A DNA stretch of 64,000 bases from Saccostrea echinata (Eukaryota). Location: positions 3,038,001-3,102,000 of the forward strand of contig NW_026889752.1 in the NCBI RefSeq assembly GCF_033153115.1, given 5' to 3'. The notes under the pieces were generated by a model, which worked only from the letters and a program-made list of their open reading frames with translations, made no database searches and was not told the origin of the DNA. Both the position numbers and the translations under genes were made by a program. Shown here piece after piece: positions 27,801-40,900 of the stretch (position 1 is its first letter; each line of letters begins with the position of its first letter).

Positions 27801-30800
27801 GATTGTTTTTCAGTTTCTGTTTTTTCTTTCAAGAATGATATCACACTTGAACTTTTTCTAGGCAATTTACCGCTATTTCGCTGGTCCTCGTCTAAGTAAA
27901 AATCAGAACAAAATAATTGACTTGGTTCTAGATGTCAAAAAAAAAAATTAAACTTAAGAATAGTAAACACACAACTTCAATGTTAAATCAGTAAAGGAAT
28001 TTTCATATTAAATCCTAAATTTATCCTTAGATTTGAAACTGAAGGAATAATGTAGAACAGGACCATGCAAATAGCAACTTTTGCAGAGATTTATCTGATT
28101 AATAGTCTGAAATTCCTTTTTGATCTACGTCAGCTACTTTCATACGCACGGTGTAGTCGCAACTTCTCGGGCCTTTCCGAAAAGCGGAAAAAACAAACCT
28201 CGAATGCATTACGTAGACCCCAATTTCACAATTTCACGTTTTTACTTGTCAATATTTTCACAAAGGAAGAAAAAATATCTCTTTTCATCCTATAAAATAG
28301 ATATGCAATGTATTCTGTTTTGTGAATTCTTGAACAGAAATAAATTTAACCCCCCTCCTAAGAATCTAATAGATAGATAGAATCTAAAAGAACCTGATAG
28401 ATTTTTACCACAGGCACTTGTTTTATGTAGGTAAAAATCACAGGCACTTGTTTCTGTAATAAATTTTTTAACCCATAGTATGATAATAACACAAGGTATC
28501 CAACTCCGAATTACACAGAGAAGAAAATTTAAAAATGAGTGGGTTTAAAAATTCAATTCCAGTGTTTAAATATTGCATGGGTAAATAGAACTTGTTTACG
28601 TCTGATTTTCCCTGAAAACATTACGATGTTTATCCGATGTAATTTTAGAAACAGATTTTTAGCCAATCAAAATCTCTGTGCGGGATTAGCACATACCATT
28701 TCATGGTTGAATTCGACTTTTCCACACGGCGAGCAGAGTTTTGACGCTGTTTACGGAGACTAAAGAAAATAAAGACAAGCATGTCATATATGGTTGTGTA
28801 GATAAATTATCGTAGAAGACATAGGTATAAACAGTTTGCCAGTGCATGTCCTCTGAAATTGTAAATGAGTGCGATTCTGAGGGAGGGGGGTACTCCGTGT
28901 AATTCGGAGTTGGATACCTTGTGTTATTATCATACTATGGGTTAAAAAATTTATTACAGAAACAAGTGCCTGTGATTTTTACCTACATAGTTTCTCTCTC
29001 TCTCTCTCTGAATAAGTAATTTATTTATTTACATTGACATGTGTGCATATATAATAATTTGTTTACAAACTGTATAAAAGAACAATCAACATCCGGCCCA
29101 TCGGGCCTATATGCCACTTTAAACACAGAATTGAAATATGTTATATAATAAAGAAATTAAATAATACACACCACTTTTGGATGGTGTCAGGTTCTCTAGT
29201 GCACGTTTTCTAAGATCTTTGCACAGGGTCTCCTCTTTAACAGCCTTTGATTTATCTTTCCGTTTTTTCTCTTCTTCTTCGTTTGCTAACTCGATTATTT
29301 CGTCCAAAAGAATTTCTTTTTCTCCATACGTTTCATCTACACCAGATCTACATGTAATTAAAATATTGACAAAAATGTGATAAGATTATGATTTAAAATA
29401 AAAGTCTGAATGAAAATAAAAAAAGTGAATGAATTCAAATTCTACTAAGGAACAGTTTGCTTAGATACGTATGATTTATCAAGTCGGGTTCATTACAGGT
29501 ATGAAATGATTATCTTATTACATAACAGCAATGTAAATTTTTGATTAAGATAATTTGCATAGTCTGCATACTTTTTGAGAGAACAACTGTTGAACTTCTT
29601 CCTTTGTTCTATGAGAAGGACAGTCCTTTCCCGAACCCTCCTTGCGTCAATATTCAGGGGAAGAACTGAAGAAATCTCTGCCCATTTTGCTCTATCTTTG
29701 AAGGGATTCCTGCTGATGACCTCTCTATCAACAACAAAAACAACAAATAAATGATTTACTTAACCAAAATTTTTAAAATTTTAATGTTGAAAAAGAAATT
29801 ACATTTTTTTAAAGACCAGGGACCCGTTTTAAAATTTTGCAAAATTAATAATTCTGCTTGAAATTGCTAGAAAAAATATCTTTATAAATTCTTTTTAAAA
29901 GTTTAAAACAATTTTTTTCAAATTAATGTAAAATAGAACGTAATAAGCAGAAATAAATTTTGGACTTAGTCGTAAGTTCTTTAGTATAACAGACCACTGA
30001 AACTTGAGGGAAGAGTATATCTTTATGATGAAAATTCGAGAAATACTGTAAAACATATCCTTGTTAGAAACTCACTTATTTGTTTTTAACATGTAATTCT
30101 TACCTCAAAAGTTTAATGTCATCTTGCTCCGAAAATCTAAACTGTTTTTTCCTCCCCGACTCCATGGTACATATAACGCAATATGATGGTCTGAAAAAAA
30201 AAATATCGTGTTAATTATTTATACTAAAAGTACATTTACAGATTGAACTTGAAAATGTCTTTGTAAAAGTTTAAGCATGTCAACTTTCTCTCTGACATAT
30301 ATGGACCATCTTCCGGTAATGTACCCCCCCCCCCCATTGAGTTTTTGTTTTTGAAGTCTTTTTAAAAATCAAGATCAATCATAGTTCACTGGAAGGTTAA
30401 TTTTTAGGTATAAATACTACACGTAAAAATCATCCTAGGGAAAGTTTACTTCGTAATGTCTTGCGGGGATATTTTGCTATGGGGAATGAATCACCATAAT
30501 ACCCCCCCCCCCCTTCAATACCTCTTGACTACTAGTACTTAAAAAAGACGGAGATGATTAAATCTAATAGTAGAATAGATACATATAATGAAACAAAATT
30601 CACAAAACTAATTTTTGTGTTATTTTAAGAATACAGAAGCTAAACGTGTTTTCATTTTTAATAAACGGTGATCGGTGACCCTGTTTCAACATTTGTGACA
30701 TCAATTTGACTTCAGTAAGTAAATAAAACCTCTTTAAAATACGTACTTATAAAACTAAACATCCTAAATAAAGTACAACAACCAAATTTTCATACATGAA

Positions 30801-32021
30801 TAGACTAATTTTTATTATAAAAGCTACAAGTTTGTACTTACGTGTAGACGCCACCCTACAAGTTGCGGGAACTGGTAGAGAACTTGTCATCACTAAAACT
30901 GATGACGTAATACACGAGGAATTTAGGGAATTCCCCTACTAGACGTACACGTACACGTAGGGGAGAGGCAGCGAAAGTCGGACGGTTTTTCGGACCCCCT
31001 CGTCTGCACCTTTGGTAAACGCTCCAAACTCTTCACATATAACCGGAAACTTTTACATCACATAAAATGATGTTTTTACCCTCTTTCTATTCTTAATTTT
31101 CATTGGTTAAAAGCTTTGTAATGTTATAAATCAAAACCAAACACGGGAAGGCAAGGGCTGATAAAGTCGGACATCGACAGTGAAAGTCGGACATGTAGAA
31201 TTTTAAGTCGGACACATACTGGTTTCGACATTTAAAGTCCAATTTTCTTCATTTTTTTAGGCTAGATCATAGTTAGAGAGTAGGACACGTAGTGGGGGGG
31301 GGGGGGGGCTCACTTTTTTCCCAAGCATTACTTTTCACTATTGAAAATTTTCAATGAAAGGCTGGTTGCCCCACCACCACCTTTTTTTGTTGCAGTATAG
31401 TCAAATCAGGGTAATCTGGTAATGTATGAATAAAATTTGGGTTTGAAAGAAGTTGGAACCCTCCCACTAACCCCCGAAATAGGATTTTTGAATTTGGACA
31501 ATTATATATACCCCCCCCCTCCTTTTTTTTTTTTTTTTTTTTGCTCGTCATTTTTTTTCTTCAGGTAAGTTGATTTTTTTTTATTTGGCTGCCCCCTCCC
31601 CCCACTTTCAAATACGATACTACGTGCCTGGGCAAACTTCGTGAACATTTAAGTGATTATTACGTAATAAACTTAGTAGTCATTGTATGGATTATTTAGA
31701 TAAACTTTCCATTTAGACCAAGAAATTTAAATGAACATATAGTATCTTGCGATCTATAAACCAATGCGTTATCGTGTGAATAAATTTTAAGGTTTAAATT
31801 GTTTCCAAAATTAAACCCATTTATATAATTATTATAAGACAGATAGCCGGAAAGGAGAAAACTATATATCCCTCAATCTTTAAAGTGGAATCAGTAATCT
31901 ATGGAACTAATTTTATTTTTCAACAAGGAAAGTTCTTTTTTTTTAAAAAATAAACAATGAAACTGAGTGCCGAGTTATAAACATGAAACTAAAATAAAGC
32001 CGTGAAAAAAAATATTTGTGT

Positions 32022-32058
<37 letters not shown>

Positions 32059-35000
32059 CTTTTTCGCGGCCTTTTCTTCTTTTATTTTCCTCAGTTCCAA
32101 TATTTCTCATTTCTGTGTTAAAATTCTTCGAGATGTTTTTTGGTTTTATAGGTGTTTTTCATTGTTTTTCTGAAATGAAAATTTCTTTAGGTAGATGTAT
32201 CTTTTTTATTTCTTCCTTCCTAAAAGTTGCAGAGAATCAGCATGCAGAATTTGATTTGCAAAAGCGAAAATACTCTTAAATTACCGGTAAATTATATTAC
32301 ATAATAAGGTTCCGGGTTCAAATCCCATCCCATACCGTATTTTTAAATTTTTTTTCGAAATGTTAATAAATTGTTCTAGTTTTTAAGAAAATTGACAATT
32401 AAAAAACAATGTATTGTGTGTTGTCCGACTTTAAATTCTCCTCTGTCCGACTTTAAATGACCCAGAATGTAAAGTCGGACAGTTTAATTTTAATGGTTTT
32501 TATAAATAAATATCCACCAAATTATTATTATTAAGGGAATAGTTAATATTTATCATGTAAAAGTATGCTTTAATTACAAAATATATTAGCAATCACAGAA
32601 TACAGACAGCAAACTGAAGATTTCGCCAAGGATCACTATGTGTTGCGCATGCGAGTTTTTATCCGGATCCGTGAGATACGTATGTACCCGACGAATTTTA
32701 GAGGTTATTTCAAACATTTTCATGACTTACATTTGAATGAAACAACCAATATAACACCCTGTAAACAGAGATACTTAAGAAAAATACAAACGACACTAAA
32801 TATAGTAATGATTTTATTCTGAAAAAGAAGAGTGTCCGACATTCGATGTTGTCCGACTTTAGCTGTTCCGCCCCTACACGTATGAAATCTCAACCTCTCT
32901 AATATGATATGAAGTCACAAGAATCCTGAAGAAAACTGTTAAAAACCTCTGTTAAGTCTTATCCTAAGAAGCTCTTATGACTGTCCTGACAGAAAATAAG
33001 TATATTTACCAGGAACTGCATATACTTAGAGTGTTGCTAGTCTCACTGATAGTCTTCAGTTCATAAAATGAAACAGACTATTTTCTTAATTTACCGTAAT
33101 ACTGAAATGAAGTGATTAATCAATTTGTCTGCATCAGCTGAAATAGAATATTTTAAATTATGACATATTTTTCAGGTATGTGAAAATGTTTCAAAGTGTA
33201 GACATGTCAGACAACTTTTACTTCAGGTACAGTATGCGAAATATAATTGTATCTTGTTGATTCTTAATGCATGGTGTTTGAATATTGTCAGAAGAAATAC
33301 ATAATTATAATGGTTTAAATTGGAGTGCATGGTTATTTATACATTAATGCTGTTTTTACAAATAATTGCATGTTCTACTGTACGTTTATACATGTATATT
33401 TATATAGATATATCCCATCAAGTCAAAAAACTTTGACAATTATTTTTAATATCATGATAATTTTGTCATTAGTTATAGTTATGATCTGACACATCGTCTT
33501 CAATACAACATGACATCTACACTACCACCAGACTTACTTCAACATGGGCCATGTAAGCAGTTTAGGTCATAATGAAAAAATTAACTCCAGTTATTTTTTT
33601 TAATAACTGCATGTTTTCAATTTTGGTAAGATTCAACAAGCTAAATACATGTATATTCTGTGGCAAACATTTTTGTTTTAATCATTTTGTTATAGCACCA
33701 CCACCAACTGTGTTTGGAGTGAGGTCAAAACCAGCAGAAAAATATGTCTGGAATTCCTACCTCCTAAAGAAATGTAGGGAGGTCGTACATCCGGATTGGC
33801 TCCTGTTTTTGATCCATGGATTTGTGGATCAAAAGAGTATCCTTTCAGAACATTATCATTGGTTAAGTTATAAAACATATGCTGGAAGAAAAAAAAATGT
33901 ACATGTACAAATTATTCTACTTCATATACATGTATCAAGAATGTACATTTTAAAGTTACAGACTAAAATATATCATAAATTAAAGGGAATATACTGTGAA
34001 AAGATGTATGTTAGCTACTGCGTACATAGTATTCAAAAGGCTCAGCTGCCAGGCATGCTAAATTTACATTATAGACTAAAATCAGAAGAAAATAAGTTCA
34101 ATAAAATGTACATTATACACATGTACATGATATTATGCACCTGAATTTCTGGGCACTTTTAGAAAAATAACAATTTTAGTCTTATGTATAATTATTTTTT
34201 TCTTAACTTGGTTCTCAGATATAAATGTCTTTGGAAAATCTGTATACCTAACACTGATTGCTAGGAGGTCAAATAAATTTGCCGGGACCAGGTTTTTGAA
34301 AAGGGGAGCTAATAATGAAGTAAGTTGATCAATGTACAGTCAAACCTCATTATCTTGAATTGGGGTCAAGTAAAAAAAAAACTTCAAAATATCCAAGGAT
34401 TCAAGATACAATTAAAATACATTAAGAAAAATTTGTTGGGATTTCAGTCTCACTTCCAGATATTCAAAGTATATAAGAGAGATGTTTGGGATCTCTATAA
34501 TTGCATGATAGTATGTCAGAATATGAATACACCGGTCCTCTTTTTTTAAAGGTGAAATTCAATTTTTGCTTTGAAAAAAGCATTTATTTAGCTGCACTTG
34601 TTACATATCTGTGATTCATCCCTTCTTTCCAGGGTTATGTGGCAAATGAGGTGGAGTCAGAACAGATTGTGATTGACAGCTCAGTGACCTTTCTGGAGAA
34701 GACAGGTGTGACCTCATTTGTACAGATGAGGGGCTCCATCCCCCTTTACTGGTCACAGGATGTCACGAAGATGGTCCCCAAACCCCCCATTACTTGTATG
34801 TGTACATCTATTTATATCTGATCAAACTTTTATTCATCTACATTTTGTCAATAGTTTCAGTATGCATCATTGTTGACAAATGTAGCACTTGAATATTCCA
34901 GGTATAGTTCAGTCATTTTTCTATATCTCAAATAGGCAGGATTGGGAAAAAGTGAGAGAATATCAAAATTGAGTCTTATAATCATGATAGGGTCAATAAG

Positions 35001-37901
35001 ATCCACTGGCTTACTTTGAAGTGTCCTAGGTATTTGTCATATTGATGTTGAAGAAACAGATATTCAGCTGTTATTTTCATGTGTTCATTGTACATGTATT
35101 GTAGTGGACCAGAGTGACCCATATGCTGGAGCTGCAGGCCACCACTTTAATCAGACGCTTAGTAGATACGGCTCTCCAATCATCATACTCAACCTTGTTA
35201 AGGTACACAATACTGTAAATTAAGTGAAGTTGTGAAAAGGGGATTAATACAGAGTTTTGCATAACTCTTTCATTTATTTCTAATCTCTATCTTCATGCTG
35301 TGCTCAAGGCTAAACTGAGTATCTGTGTGCATGAATTCATCGTAAATATAAAGATATTTACTTAAGTCTATAAGAGATTTAAGAATGCTATATCAGTTAT
35401 ATAACATGTGTAAGTGTCTGAAGACCTTCATGTTAAAATACTCACTGGAACAAAATGTTTCTATCGTTTTTGTGACTTGGTACATGGAATTCAAGAAATA
35501 ATGGATGTTTTGTGTTTGTAGAGAAGAGAGAGAAGAAAACATGAGAGTATACTAACAGGGGAATATAAATCTACCATTAACTATCTTAACCAGTTCCTAC
35601 CCCCAGAACACAAGATCCGCTATATAGGATTTGATATGGCCCACATTAGTAAGAGGTGAGTTACAATATGTGGAGTTTGATATATCTTACATTAGGGCAT
35701 AATAAAAAAATTCCTTGATTCTCTTCCAAATTGTTTGAAATGGGGTTTGATATGGGCCACATTATAATAGGTGAGTTACAGATCCATTCTTTGTTCTGTG
35801 ATATGGCACACATTTACAAAGAGATGAGTTACAGATCCAATATATGGGGTTTGGTATGGCCCACATTATATAAGTAAGAGAAGATTTACAGATCCGATAA
35901 ATGGGATTTGGTATGGCCCACATTATATTACATGTAGTTACAGATCCAATATATGGGGTTTGGTATGGCCCACATTAAATTAGTTACAGATCCAATATAT
36001 GGGGTTTTGGTATGGCCCACATTATGTAAGTAAGAGATGAGTTACAGATCCAATATATTGTGCATGGTATGGCCCACATTATATTAGTAACAGATCCAAT
36101 ATATGGGGTTTTGGTATGGCCCACATTATGTAAGTAAGAGAAGAGTTACAGATCCAATATATTGTGCATGGTATGGCCCACATTATATTAGTAACAGATC
36201 CAATATATGGGGTTTTGGTATGGCCCACATTATGTAAGTAAGAGATGAGTTACAGATCCAATATATTGTGCATGGTATGGCCCACATTATATAAATAAGA
36301 GAAGAGTTACAGATCCAATATATTGTGCATGGTATGGCCCACATTATATAAGTAAGAGAAGAGTTACAGATCCAATATATTGTGCATGGTATGGCCCACA
36401 TTATATAAGTAAGAGAAGAGTTACAGATCCAATATATTGTGCATGGTATGGCCCACATTATATAAGTAAGAGAAGAGTTACAGATCCAATATATTGTGCA
36501 TGGTATGGCCCACATTATATAAGTAAGAGAAGAGTTACAGATCCAATATATTGTGCATGGTATGGCCCACATGAGATGAGTTACCTATATAAGGATTCTT
36601 TTATGAGCATTGAAAATGTATAAACAAATTTTACATTTGTTTGAATGTTTTGAGATGAGGAACTTAACTTTTCCTTTGCATATTTTAATTGTTGTCTGAG
36701 CAATAATAGATAAATGTATTGTACAGTACATGTATCTACATGTAAGCCCAATTTGTAATTTTGGGCTTTAATTGAAATGATTTACTTTACATGTATGTTT
36801 AAAAGTGATTGTTTTAGTGGTGCAAATGTAGGAATTTTAAATTTTTATGAATAAAGTGTGACAAAGAAGTTTTTTTTAAAGTTTCCTTTTTTCATTGTAA
36901 ACTCTAATGCAGGTAATGAATTTGCACTATTTGCAACATATAACTTTTCTTTATTTGCAGATTACATAATTGCTTTTTTGATCTTCAGCAGATACATGTA
37001 CATTGTACAAATGTCTTGAAAAAGAAAAAAAATGTTGTACTTTGTTAATGTTATGAAAAATTTGTTTTGACAGTTAGCAGTACTTCAAGAACACTTTTAA
37101 ATTATCTGATATATGAACTTTGAAAAGACTGTCTTATGCATCCCCCCCCCCCCCTAAAAACAAGAGGCCCATGGGCCACAACGCTCACCTGAGTTACTTT
37201 GGCCCTGCTGTTCTTCACAAGGCCTCCCCTTTGTAATATTTATTGCGGCCCTGCCCTACCCCCGGGGGCCATGAATTGAAGAATTTAGAATCTACACTAC
37301 CCAAGGATGCTTCCACGTAAGTTTCAGCTTTTCTGGCCCAGTGGTTCTTGAGAAGAAGATTTTCAAAGATTTTGCCTATATATTTCAATGTAAAACTTTG
37401 ATTCCCTATTGTGGCCCCGCCCTACCCCCAGGGGCTATGATTTGAACAATTTAGAATCTATACTACCCAAGGATGCTTCCACATAAGCTTCAGCTTTTCT
37501 GGCCCAGTGGTTCTTGAGAAGAAGATTTTCAAAAATTTTGCCTATATATTTCAATGTAAAACTTTGATTCCCTATTGTGGCCCCGCCCTACCACTGGGGG
37601 CCATGATTTGAACAATTTAGAATCTATACTACCCAAGGATGCATCCACATAAGTTTCAACTTTTCTGGCCCTGTGGTTCTTGAGAAGAAGATTTTTTAAT
37701 GACCCCACCCAATTTTTGTCTTTTCTTGATTATCTCCCCTTGTAAGGGGGGGTTGGCCCTTCATTTTAACAATTTAAACTCCCCTTCACCCAAGGATGCT
37801 CTGTACCAACTTTGGTTAAAATTGGCTCAGTGGTTCTTGAGCAGAAGTTGAAAATAAGAAAAGTTTACAGATGGACGGACAGACAGACAGACAGACGGAC
37901 A

Positions 37902-37937
<36 letters not shown>

Positions 37938-40900
37938 AAGGTGAGCTAAAAATACACATAATAATATTGTGTTTTGTTTAACTCTTCAGTAAAACAACAA
38001 ATGTCTTGGTGCGATTGTCTCAGATTGCCAGGAAGTGTGTCAGAATGACAGGGTTCTTTGTACACATGCCAAAACCAGTCAGTGAGGACTTCTGGAAAAC
38101 AGAAGAGTAAGTCAAAAATTCAGAACAGTTACTGAGGTAAAGCCCTCAAGTAAGTGAAAAATAACACGTTACCTTAAAATTTCAGTGATTGAGAAAGTAA
38201 TAATTAAATCAACTTGACATTTCAGTTAGTGAGGTTGCCCTCAAGTTATATAAATCAACCTTAAAATATCGGTGAGGTAGCCCTCAAGTTAAAAAAATCA
38301 ACCTTAAAATCTCGGTACTAAGGCTAGGTTGCCTTCAAGTAATAAATATCAACCTTAAAATTTCAGAACAGTTATTGAGGTAGCCCTCAAGTAATAAAAT
38401 CAACTTTACAATCATATCAGTGATTTAGCCCCCAAGTAATTAAAATCAACTTTATCAAGTAATTAAAATTTCAAAGGGTCTAATGACAGTGTACATTTGC
38501 TGTAGGTTCAGAGGATTGCAGGGACAGAAGACAACCTGGGGGTGTCGACAGACTGGAGTGGTCCGCACAAACTGTGTAGACTGTCTGGATAGAACTAACA
38601 CTGCACAGTTTGCAATAGGGAGGTGTGCCCTTGGCTACCAGGTAAGGGAGGCAAAACTAACACGGCACAGTTTGCTAAAGGGAGGTGTGCACTGGGGTAC
38701 CAGGTAAGGGAGCAAATCTAACACTGCAGTTTGCTAAAGGGAGATGTGCCATGGGGTACCAGGGAAGGGAGACAGATCCAACACTGCATGCACAGTTTGC
38801 TATAGGGAGCTGGGGTACCAGGTACAGGAGGTACAATCAGGTACATGTAAGGTAGATAAAACCAACACAGCACAGTTTGCTTTAGGAAGGTGTGATGTGT
38901 CCTTGGGTACCAGGTAAGGGGGTTTGAACCAACAGCACATTTTGCTTTAGGAAGATGTGATGTGTCCTGGGGTACCAGGTAAGGGGGTTTGAACCAACAC
39001 AGCACAGTTTGCTTTAGGAAGATGTGATGCGTCATGGGGTACCAGATAAGGAGTGAAGAACCAGCACAGAACAGTTTGCTATTGGGAGGTGTGCCCTCAC
39101 TCAGGCTCACTGCCCTGGGCTATTAGGCAAGGGAGACAGAACCAACACAGCACAGTTTGCTATAGGGAGGAGCTGTAAGTCAAAACATTTGTATGTAGAG
39201 CTGATTTGACACATATCTATTTAGTTTTTGGAGGTACAGTCTATAGTCAATAGAAAATGCAGAAGACCATTTGAATATAACAAGAGAGTGATTTCTTTAT
39301 AAATATTGTGCCCCTGATATTATTCAACTGATGACTGTTATTATCCAGAACTTAATAATAACATTATAGAAATACATGAACTACCTACATGTAAATGTCG
39401 TATACTTTAGTACTTTATAGTTAGACTGCTTCATTGTTTTTCAGTTGTTTACTCTTGGTGTAATCTCCAGCCCAGACCTGGAGTTTGATACAGACTGCCT
39501 CAAGTAAGAAACAAATGTTTTTGAAAAGCCTGTAAAGGTTTTTAATAATCTCCTGTGAAGCCCTATTTTGACATTGTAATTCTGTGGTTCCACTGTCATG
39601 TACATATAAATAATTGATATCATTCAATAATGCCTACATTTTATGACGTACAGTATATTATTTTCTGTCTACTTGTATATTTGATGTCAATTGTAAAAAA
39701 ACTATCCTGTATAAATTCATGTGGCATTTCTTTTTTTGTAATAATTTATATTCGAGTACCTACATATCAATGCAATTTAAAATGAAAATTAACCAGAAAT
39801 ATTGTAATCTTATGTTGTAGAGGTTCTTCTCACAATTGTATAGATGTGTAAGTCTATTTTAGGTTGTGCTAGAACTCAAAGGAAAGCTTGTGACAGATTA
39901 TTTTGAAATGCATGTTGGTCATTTATCAACAATTTAGATGTGGTTTTCAAGGCAGAAAAAAGCATTTGGGCTTTGATTAGATGGTTTGAAATGTAGAATT
40001 GTCAATATTTGTTTGCTTGACAGATTTTATTTGTTATATTATGTGTTTTGTCTCAGTCGTGCATTGTGCCAGGAAAATGGTAAATATGGAACTCATTACA
40101 ATGTGTAAATGCCATTGTGCATCAGCCAAACATGTACATGTACCATAATGCAACAATTTTTTTTAGGGGCGGGGGAATTTTTCCTTTTTCAAGAATTTTC
40201 CTCATGAAGTAGCAATAGTATAGATAATAGCTGTAGCATTTCTCCAAATTTTAGCTTGTGCAGCTTATCACATACTAGTCAAGAAGTTTTACACTGAACA
40301 GAACAAGTTTTGTTAAAAATCTTAATTTGTAAAACTGGTACTTAGCATCATACAGGCAAAGTAATTTTTAAATTACTTGAAGATTAAATACATTGTCTTA
40401 GAAAAGTGGAGCAATGACATTTGTAATATAAGCATTACTTCATAGTTTGGTTGACCCCACACTGATGAATTTTATTGCATCGTTGCAAAGTAGAAAATGA
40501 TGTTCAAATGTTGTTTGTAATTTAAAGATATATTGATTCAGTATCAGACTTTGCCATTGTAAAATTCATGTACAAGTCCTATTATCTGCATCACTGATTA
40601 ATGCATCATTATGAGGGCTCTTTTCATGAATGAAATCAACAGCATTCCGTAAACCAACTTTTATTTGCATGAAGGAAATATATGTGTCACAGTGACTGAG
40701 TTTCATGACACACTTTTACTTGAATGTAAAAATTTATATGCATGCACTATTTACATGTATTTAACTGTTTATTAATGTAGTAGATGTTCATTGTTCTAAA
40801 AATTTATAATCTTGGAGGTATTACAATCTGAAAAAAACAATTGCAATTAAAAGATGTTCCAAATAAAAGTTGGTTTACAGAATTATTCAATACGTAAAGC

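Larger units (their letters stand above)
26128..32900. mobile_element. Autonomous-type PIF/Harbinger-superfamily (PHIS) DNA transposon in FIG4 intron 4
   Basis: TIRs AGAGAGGTTGAGATTT...(GTACGT)n and (ACGTAC)n...AAATCTCAACCTCTCT, 3-bp TSD AAT (26125-27 and 32901-03), two convergent ORFs. Confidence 0.9.

Noticed and set aside
32305-32335. B-box-like GGTTCAAATCC
   Set aside because: No A box or tRNA fold. At most a SINE-head remnant inside a transposon.
36183-36572. 129-aa repetitive minus-strand ORF
   Set aside because: Translation of the 57-bp intronic array.
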